Assembly: GCF_900129635.1 (NCBI RefSeq)
Contig: NZ_FSRB01000002.1
Span: 244,727-276,726, forward strand
Direction: 5' to 3'
From: Singulisphaera sp. GP187
Lineage (GTDB): Bacteria; Planctomycetota; Planctomycetia; Isosphaerales; Isosphaeraceae
DNA: 32,000 nt
This document shows positions 8,663 to 15,203 of this stretch, piece by piece (within the stretch, counting starts at the first letter, position 1; every line of letters begins with the position of its first letter). The notes under the pieces are model-generated. The model saw only the letters and a list, made by a program, of their open reading frames with translations. It did not search any database and was not told where the DNA came from. Made by a program: the position numbers and the translations under genes.

Positions 8663-9850
8663 TTACTGAGTGGCTCCCGGGCTTTGCAAACCCTTGATCG
8701 TCAAACACGCCCAAGTTGCGTCGGCGATTTCGGTCCTGCCCCAGCACCAGGCCTGGACGAACGCCCCTCCGGCCGCCACGAGTGCGATGCCGCAGCCCGC
8801 GGACAGGAATTGGACAGCGCCGGTCAAGTCCCAAGCCGCCACGGCACCGAACCCAAGGACCGAGCCAAGAGCGACCAACGCGATCAGCAAGTTGAGCACG
8901 ATGGCCTTGGGCGGCGACTTCCGTGCCCAACACGCTCCCAACAGGGAATCTCGCAACTTGAAGTACAAAAGAGCGCTGGCGAATTGCCAAGGTGGAACGA
9001 CCACCAATAGCGCGAACGTAAGCCAGAGTGTTTTCATTCCGTGGGGTTGCCATCCATCAAGCGAGGCGACACCGGCGACCAACAGACTGCACACGATGGC
9101 GATGAGACAAAATGTTTGAGCCGCCAGTCGCAAGGAAAGTCGTGCGGCGGATTCGGGCGGCTTCCACCCGAACCTGCGTTCCAGATAGCAAGCGATTCGC
9201 TCGCTTGGCGGAAGAGTGGCTTCAAGTTCGCGGCCGAGTTCGGCAGAGTCTCCGAATCTCCGTGCGGCTTCGTTCATGGCGGTCACGCAGTCGTCTTCGC
9301 GGCTCAGCTCCTCCTCGACAGTCGATGCCAGATGAGCGAGAAGTTCCTCGCGGATTGTTCGCTTCCGCGACATGCTCGCTCGAATCGAGCGGACAGCGCT
9401 CTCAACAATCTTGTATTTCGATGCCATGACGTTCCTCACTTCCCGGCTCACCAAGTCCGGCTGGAGTCCTGCGTCTAAAAGGATCAGCGCCGCGACGCCA
9501 TCACGGTCATGAAGCAAACCGAAGAACAGGTGGTCGACGTCGGCAACGAGATCCAGGTTCGACGCGTCGCCGACGGCGTACTCGACGACCTGCTTGGCGC
9601 GTGGTGTCAACGATCGTTCGCCTGTGGAAATGGCGACCGGGTCGCGACCGACGCGATTCTCTACCTCCAGGCGAACCATCGCGAGGTCGATGCCGTGTGA
9701 CTTGAGGATTTTGGCGCCGACGCTGCTAGCGTCGTTGATCAACCCCAACAGAATGTGCTCTGTGCCGACGTGTTGATGCCCGAATCCCCGCGCTTCCTCG
9801 TCGGCCAACTTCATGACAGTTCGCGCCCGAGGCGTGAAGTTTTCAAACAT
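8663..9850 (-). CDS. membrane protein: ClpC-type N-domain (two Clp R repeats) + DUF1700/HAAS-like helical module + ~5 TM helices
   Basis: The N-terminus MFENFTPRARTVMKLADEEARGFGHQHVGTEHILLGLINDASSVGAKILKSHGIDL... follows the ClpC N-domain pattern. A second, degenerate repeat reads LTPRAKQVVEYAV...DHLFFGLLHDRDGVAALIL. RKRTIREELLAHLASTVEEELSREDDCVTAMNEAARRFGDSAELGRELEATLPPSER matches the 'permease prefix domain 1'/DUF1700 pattern. Hydrophobic helices run to the C-terminus. No AAA+ motifs. Confidence 0.85.
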   Translation of the reverse strand: MFENFTPRARTVMKLADEEARGFGHQHVGTEHILLGLINDASSVGAKILKSHGIDLAMVRLEVENRVGRDPVAISTGERSLTPRAKQVVEYAVGDASNLDLVADVDHLFFGLLHDRDGVAALILLDAGLQPDLVSREVRNVMASKYKIVESAVRSIRASMSRKRTIREELLAHLASTVEEELSREDDCVTAMNEAARRFGDSAELGRELEATLPPSERIACYLERRFGWKPPESAARLSLRLAAQTFCLIAIVCSLLVAGVASLDGWQPHGMKTLWLTFALLVVVPPWQFASALLYFKLRDSLLGACWARKSPPKAIVLNLLIALVALGSVLGFGAVAAWDLTGAVQFLSAGCGIALVAAGGAFVQAWCWGRTEIADATWACLTIKGLQSPGATQ

Positions 9851-9893
9851 GCTCGATTCTCCCGATTCGAGATCGCGATCAATGCAATCCGAC

Positions 9894-10247
9894 TCAGTTC
9901 GTGAGTGCCTGCGCCCCCAGAATTCCTCCGAGGGTATTCACAAACGTTTTCCATTCTTCGCGACATTGGCGCAGCTTCTGTTGACCCTTCGCCGTGAGGT
10001 GATAAATGCGTCGACGAGCGCCACGCCTTGCATGGGGCTGATTCTCCCACACGGCCTTAACTTGCCCTGCGGCTTCAAGCCGGTAGAGCGCGGGATAAAG
10101 TGACCCTTCCTTGAGCAGGAGAAGACCACAACCGGCCTCTTCCAATCGCCGAAGGATTTCCAACCCGTGCGCTTCGCCGCGTTCCAGCGTCGCAAGAATC
10201 AGGGCTTCAAGATGGCCCCTGAGCTTATCCCCGTTGATTGCTTCCAT
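9894..10247 (-). CDS. PadR-family transcriptional regulator
   Basis: LRGHLEALILATLERGEAHGLEILRRLEE...LKEGSLYPALYRLEAAGQVKAVWE...RRIYHLTAKG is the canonical PadR wHTH. It ends 43 nt upstream of the Clp-N/HAAS gene. Confidence 0.92.
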   Translation of the reverse strand: MEAINGDKLRGHLEALILATLERGEAHGLEILRRLEEAGCGLLLLKEGSLYPALYRLEAAGQVKAVWENQPHARRGARRRIYHLTAKGQQKLRQCREEWKTFVNTLGGILGAQALTN

Positions 10248-10349
10248 ACGATTATCCTAGACAGCCTAGGAATAGAATTCAAGGACAGCACCGGAAAAAT
10301 AACGAAGGCCGCCAGGCTGGATTTCGGAGAGCTTCCCAGGCGAAGAGTG

Positions 10350-10871
10350 CTAAGCCTTCCAGTCGGCCGCGGCGTGGCCCAACACTTCGGCCCGATGCTT
10401 CGCCGACTCGGAAAAGAGCGATTTCAGCCCATCATGCTGGGTCAATTGCCGATCCACCGTCTTCCGGAAGATCGGGTCCTGGATCTCCCGCCGAGCCGTT
10501 TCCAGAATCCCCTTGGCGCGATCCAGCTCCGCGTCGAAATCCCCATCGCTTACCTCGACCCGTTCCAGGACCTCCTGGTAGGTTCTGTTCGCCGCGATAT
10601 CGCGGTCCGCCGATGCGTTGAAAGCCTTCAGCCAGTCGGCGTCATGCATCGCGACCGACACAAGCTCGGTCGTGCCGGTTTCCCTTAGGGAGCCGTAGCT
10701 CTGGGAGGATTCCTCCTCGGCCCGTCGAACCCCGAAACCGTCCCATTCACGAGCCGAATCTTGACGGACGATGCGTGCAACTTGTGGTCCCTGCATTTTC
10801 GGATCGATGAAGAAATCGGGAATAATGTCGTAGGAATAAGCGATTTCGTTAAAGATTACATGAAATCCCAA
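10350..10871 (-). CDS. hypothetical protein (helical, no family recognised)
   Basis: 173-aa ORF with ordinary amino-acid composition, unlike the Arg/Pro-rich shadow ORFs. Same strand as the PadR pair. The first 25 codons lie in AT-rich DNA, so ATG 10796 (MQGPQVARIV...) is an equally plausible start. Confidence 0.5.
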   Translation of the reverse strand: MGFHVIFNEIAYSYDIIPDFFIDPKMQGPQVARIVRQDSAREWDGFGVRRAEEESSQSYGSLRETGTTELVSVAMHDADWLKAFNASADRDIAANRTYQEVLERVEVSDGDFDAELDRAKGILETARREIQDPIFRKTVDRQLTQHDGLKSLFSESAKHRAEVLGHAAADWKA

Positions 10872-10879
10872 TAATATAC

Positions 10880-12463
10880 TTGAGTCCGGCCCCGCCGCTG
10901 GTATGCATAATCATTTGCCACCAGCTATCTGACCGACCGCATGCCGGGGTCGTCGGGAGACCCGAGTTGCTATTCGATTTCGATGTCATCGTCGTCGGGG
11001 GCGGCGCGGGAGGTGCCACCTTCGCCTACGCGTGTGCACGGGCGGGGAAGTCGGTCCTGGTCCTGGAGCGGGGCGATCGGCAGACGGCCGGCGACCCGAG
11101 TTTCGACGAGAAGGCGGTTCTCATCGACAAGGGGCCGTACGACGACAGAGTGATCAAGCTCAACGGCCGGCCGAAGCGCCTGTATATGGGCGGCATCTTG
11201 GGCGGGGGAACGAGCGTGTACGGCGGTGCGCTGATCCGACCGAGCGAGCAGGACTTCCAGCCGGGGCGGTACTACGGCAAGAGGATCCCGAAGGCGATCT
11301 GGGACTGGCCGATCTCCTACGGGGACATGGAGCCGTACTATACCGAGGCCGAGCGGCTCTACGGCGTCACGGGCTGCGGGGAGGACGATTTTGGGCCGTT
11401 GCGCAAGCCGGCCCGGGGGTTCGTGGGGGAGCCCCTGCCCCTGCACTCGCTGAATCAAAGGCTCATCGCCACCAGCCGCCAGCACGGCCTGCATCCCTTC
11501 CGGCTGCCGATGGCGATCGATTCGTCGAAGTGCCTGCGCTGCGCCCTCTGCGCCGGCTTCGTCTGCCCCACCGGGGCGCGCGGCTCGGCGGCCCAACTGC
11601 TCGACTCTGCCCAGGACCAGGGTCTCGCACTTGAGGTCCAGACGCGGGTCGAGGTGGAGCGGCTGGCCCGGGAGCGCGGCACGGGGGCGACGGTGATCAC
11701 GGTGCTGGACCGCACCACGGGTCGGCGACGTCAGTACCGTGCCCGCCGCTACGCGCTGGCGGCGGGGGCGTTCGGGTCGCCGCTGTTGCTGCTAAGGTCG
11801 GGGATGACGCACCCGCTGATCGGGCGGAATTACATGCTGCACCTGTGCGCGATCGTTGCGGGCGTCTACCCCAGGGCGACGAGCGGCGACTTGTCGTTCA
11901 TCAAGCAGGTGGGCTTCTCGGACTACTATTTCGGCACGAAGGAGTATCCGCACAAGATGGGACTGGTGCAGTCGCTGGCGGTGCCCGGCCCGCTCATGGT
12001 GGCCAGGGCGTCGCCGTTCCTGCCCGCCGCGGTTCGGTTGTTCGTGCGGCAGAGGATGCTGCCGCTGGCGGGGATTATCGAGGACCTGCCCAACCCCGCC
12101 AACTGCGTGACCCTGGGGCCGGACGGGAGCGGGAAGATCACGCATCGGTACGGCAAGTATGACCTGACCCGGCGCAAGCACATGACCCCATACATCGCCC
12201 GGATCTTGCGGAAGTCGGGCGCGGTGTACTGCATCGCGCCGCGGTATTCGTCGCACGAGCACGTCGCCCACCAGTGCGGGACCCTGCGGTTCGGCACCGA
12301 CCCCACCCACGCCGTCCTGGACCCGGACTGCCGGATGTTCGCAAACCCGGACATCTTCGCGGTGGACGGCAGCTCCCTGCCGACATCGCTGGGGGTCGGG
12401 CCCGGGCTGACAATCATGGCCAACGCGCTGCGGGTGGCGTCCAAGGTGGTGGCCGAGCTATGA
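10880..12463 (+). CDS. GMC-family FAD oxidoreductase with a Cys-rich (Fe-S-like) insert
   Basis: FDVIVVGGGAGGATFAYACARAGKSVLVLERG dinucleotide-binding fold. The C-terminal GMC part reads HQCGTLRFG...DGSSLPTSLGVGPGLTIMANALR. CLRCALCAGFVCP motif. The start is uncertain. The track uses TTG 10880. TTG 10967 (M-LFDFDVIVVGGG) would leave a normal promoter spacer. Confidence 0.88.
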   Translation: MSPAPPLVCIIICHQLSDRPHAGVVGRPELLFDFDVIVVGGGAGGATFAYACARAGKSVLVLERGDRQTAGDPSFDEKAVLIDKGPYDDRVIKLNGRPKRLYMGGILGGGTSVYGGALIRPSEQDFQPGRYYGKRIPKAIWDWPISYGDMEPYYTEAERLYGVTGCGEDDFGPLRKPARGFVGEPLPLHSLNQRLIATSRQHGLHPFRLPMAIDSSKCLRCALCAGFVCPTGARGSAAQLLDSAQDQGLALEVQTRVEVERLARERGTGATVITVLDRTTGRRRQYRARRYALAAGAFGSPLLLLRSGMTHPLIGRNYMLHLCAIVAGVYPRATSGDLSFIKQVGFSDYYFGTKEYPHKMGLVQSLAVPGPLMVARASPFLPAAVRLFVRQRMLPLAGIIEDLPNPANCVTLGPDGSGKITHRYGKYDLTRRKHMTPYIARILRKSGAVYCIAPRYSSHEHVAHQCGTLRFGTDPTHAVLDPDCRMFANPDIFAVDGSSLPTSLGVGPGLTIMANALRVASKVVAEL

Positions 12464-13386
12464 ACACTCCGGGGAGGCCACCCGACACCGGCGCGCGGCG
12501 ACGCGCCTCAATCCAACGGGAGCAGTTCCGCCAGGCCCGGCGCATCCACGGCGGCCTGTGGGGTTTCTGCCTGGCGGTCCTGGGGGTGAAGCTCGCTCGA
12601 GTGCCGATCCCCTCGCGGCGACTGCGGCAGCGTCTGTTCCGAGACCTCTACGCGAGGATGTACCCGCCCGGGCTGGACGAGCAGGAGGCGGAGCGCCCGT
12701 TGGGGGACTACCCGACGTTCAACGCCCTGTTCACCCGGGGCGTGAAGCGCGGGCACCGGCCCATCCCCGCCGTCGGCTCGGACCTGCTGAGCCCGTGCGA
12801 CGGCACGGTCCAGGACCTCGGCCGCGTGGAGGGGGGACGGCTCCTCACGGTCAAGGGGACCGCCTACTCCGTCGAATCTTTGCTCGCCGGCCTGGACGTG
12901 CGACCGTACGAGGGCGGCCAGTTTGCAATCATCTTCCTGTCGCCGATCGACTGTCATCGCGTCTTCAGCCCGTCGGACGGGCGGATCGATGAGGCCGTCC
13001 ACGTCCCGGGGGCGAGACTGCTGGTCCACCCCCCGTGCCAGTCGCCCGAGTACCCGGTGTACACTTTGAACGAACGCATGATTCTGAGTCTCTCAACAGA
13101 CTCGGGGTCGTGCGCAGTCGTCCTGGTCGCAGGTTGGGGGGTGGGGAAAATCACGCTGCCCCTGGCGCCGGGATTTCGGCCGGGTTCGAGGCGGGTCGAG
13201 TCATACCGGTGGCCGTCTCCCCCGCAGGTCGAGCGCGGGGGCTGGATCGCGACGTTCGAGTTGGGCTCGACGGTCGTGCTGATCGCGTCGTCGTCGCCCG
13301 AGGCGACTCCCCTGGTCTCCCCGAACGAGAGGGTCCGCTATGGACAGCCCGTCTTTCGGATCGATCCCCACGGCCGCCCCGTCTGA
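12460..13386 (+). CDS. psd: phosphatidylserine-decarboxylase-family pyruvoyl proenzyme
   Basis: Track ORF 12274-13386. ATG 12460 overlaps the GMC stop (12461-12463) as ATGA. FLSPIDCHRVFSP matches the PSD YLSPxDYHRxH motif. ATFELGSTVVL contains the LGST self-cleavage site that generates the pyruvoyl group. Confidence 0.88.
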   Translation: MNTPGRPPDTGARRRASIQREQFRQARRIHGGLWGFCLAVLGVKLARVPIPSRRLRQRLFRDLYARMYPPGLDEQEAERPLGDYPTFNALFTRGVKRGHRPIPAVGSDLLSPCDGTVQDLGRVEGGRLLTVKGTAYSVESLLAGLDVRPYEGGQFAIIFLSPIDCHRVFSPSDGRIDEAVHVPGARLLVHPPCQSPEYPVYTLNERMILSLSTDSGSCAVVLVAGWGVGKITLPLAPGFRPGSRRVESYRWPSPPQVERGGWIATFELGSTVVLIASSSPEATPLVSPNERVRYGQPVFRIDPHGRPV

Positions 13387-15196
13387 CCGACGGGGGGAGG
13401 CCGGCGAGGTTCTCTGCGCGGCGGCCGGCCCCGAGCCGGCGGACCGGGGGGACGTCGTGTTCATCGCCGGCTTCGGAAGTGCGATCGCGGCGGACTTCGC
13501 GGCGTTTGTGGGCCGGGAGGCGCGGGTCGAGGTCGTGCCGGTGGACGACGAGGGGGGTCGCGGCCCGGCGAGCCTGGTCGTGTTCCTGCCCCCGAGCCTC
13601 GGCGAGCCCGGGCGGCGCAGGCTCGCGGAGTTGCTGGATGCCGCGGCTCGGCGGTCCGTCGGGTTCGTTGGGATCGTCGGCACCTTCCGGGTCCACCTCA
13701 ACGACCCGGTGGCGGAGGAGACGGAGCGGCTCGCGCTAGCCCTGGTCCGGTCGAGCGGCATCGCGGCCCGCGTCGCCGTCTTCCGGCCGGGTCTCGTGCT
13801 CAGCCCGAATTCAGGCGTGAGCCGGTGGCTGGGGCGCCTCGGTCCGCTGTTCCCGCTGGCCCCGGGGCGGCTCCGCACCTGCTTCATCGAGGGGGAGGAG
13901 CTCTTCGCGGCGATCGAGGCCGAGCGGTCGGGGGACGCCCGGCCGGGCGGGACAGGCGAGGTGGGACCGGCCGGGCGGGCCATGGGGCATCGCCGGAGGG
14001 CCTACACGTACCTGGGCGCGAACCTCGCCTGGCGCGAGGTGCTGGAGCGCCACCGGGGGACCTCCGCCGGGCGGCGGGTGGCGACGGCGGTCGCGCGAGT
14101 CCTCTCGTGGCTTCTCGCCGGGCAACTGGTGGCGCTCGCCGTGGGCCTGCTGTCGAGGTGGTTCCCGGGGGCGAGGCCCTGGTCGGTCCGGACTCTGAAG
14201 CCGCGGTCGATGCGCGAGATCGTCTCGCTCTGCCACGATGGGAATATCGGGCGCGTCCGGGTTGTGGGGTACAACAACGGCGTCAACCACTTCGGGCATC
14301 GGTACCCGGGAAGGACGATCGTCTCGACCGTCTGCTGTCGTCGGGCGGTCCACGCCGGGCCGAGGGTGTTGAAGGCGGATTGCGGCGCAACAATCCGCGG
14401 GGCGAGGGAATATCTGGGCGGGCGCGGCGAGGAGCTGTTCGTCATGCCCAATTACTCCTTCGTGTCGGTCGGGACCTCGTTCTTCGTGCCGATCCACGGC
14501 TCGTCCGTGGATTACGCCACGGTCGCGGACACGGCCTGCCGGGTGGTCCTGTACGACCCGAATTCGGATCGGATCGTCTCGGCCGGGCGGGACGAGGGGG
14601 CGTTCCGGGAGAACGTTTACAACCTACGGTCCCGCATGGTGGTCCTGCGGCTCTACCTGCGGACCAAGCCGAAGTCGACTTACTACGTCCGGCGCGAGAC
14701 GTGGAAGAACGCGGGGGCGGACGACCTGCTCGCGGCGCTCCGGGACCGGGACGCGGCAAACGTGGAGATCCGGCAGGCGCACGCGGCGAGCGACACGGTG
14801 ACGATCTCGAAGTACTACAACGAGCCGTCCGGGCCGTCCGGGCCCGCGCAGGAGTCGCCGCGCGACGCGCTAGGGCGGCTGTGGGACCGGCTGGAGGAGA
14901 ACCCGGTCACGTCGTTCCTGATGCACGCCCTGAGCCGGCACGTCGCCTGGCACACGGAACTGTTCCTCACGCCCGCCGAGTTCGAGCGGTTCTGGGCGAC
15001 GCACGCCGAGGTCGCCCTGCGAAAGATCCAGCTCCGCTACATCCGGCGCGACGGCATGCCACACTCGCCGTTCCGAGACGAGGACTGCGTCTCGGCCGAC
15101 CTGTTCCTGTTCCGGTTCGACAAGGCGGCCTTCGACGGCTACCTGGCGAAGAACCTCCCGAACGTCCGATGCAACCCCGGCAAACACAGCAACTAG
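13340..15196 (+). CDS. three-module protein: atypical Rossmann/SDR-like domain, TM helix, VAO/PCMH-type FAD oxidoreductase (ALO-like C-terminus)
   Basis: N-terminal module: DVVFIAGFGSAIAADF...VAVFRPGLVLSP (NAD(P)-binding-like). A hydrophobic helix follows: VATAVARVLSWLLAGQLVALAVGLL. The C-terminal module reads LKPRSMREIVSLCHDG...VRVVGYNNGVNHFGH...FFVPIHGS...NPGKHSN, resembling the FAD_binding_4 / arabinonolactone-oxidase type. ATG 13340 overlaps psd by 47 nt. GTG 13457 (M-FIAGFGS) is an alternative start. Confidence 0.75.
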   Translation: MDSPSFGSIPTAAPSDRRGEAGEVLCAAAGPEPADRGDVVFIAGFGSAIAADFAAFVGREARVEVVPVDDEGGRGPASLVVFLPPSLGEPGRRRLAELLDAAARRSVGFVGIVGTFRVHLNDPVAEETERLALALVRSSGIAARVAVFRPGLVLSPNSGVSRWLGRLGPLFPLAPGRLRTCFIEGEELFAAIEAERSGDARPGGTGEVGPAGRAMGHRRRAYTYLGANLAWREVLERHRGTSAGRRVATAVARVLSWLLAGQLVALAVGLLSRWFPGARPWSVRTLKPRSMREIVSLCHDGNIGRVRVVGYNNGVNHFGHRYPGRTIVSTVCCRRAVHAGPRVLKADCGATIRGAREYLGGRGEELFVMPNYSFVSVGTSFFVPIHGSSVDYATVADTACRVVLYDPNSDRIVSAGRDEGAFRENVYNLRSRMVVLRLYLRTKPKSTYYVRRETWKNAGADDLLAALRDRDAANVEIRQAHAASDTVTISKYYNEPSGPSGPAQESPRDALGRLWDRLEENPVTSFLMHALSRHVAWHTELFLTPAEFERFWATHAEVALRKIQLRYIRRDGMPHSPFRDEDCVSADLFLFRFDKAAFDGYLAKNLPNVRCNPGKHSN

Positions 15197-15203
15197 GCCA
15201 CAA

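Noticed and set aside
10255-10271. Inverted repeat TCCTAG-ACAGC-CTAGGA just upstream of the PadR start, as a PadR operator
   Set aside because: The arms are only 6 bp. It lies 8 nt from the ATG, overlapping the likely Shine-Dalgarno (AGGA) rather than a promoter, and does not resemble the ATGT/ACAT-type PadR boxes I know.
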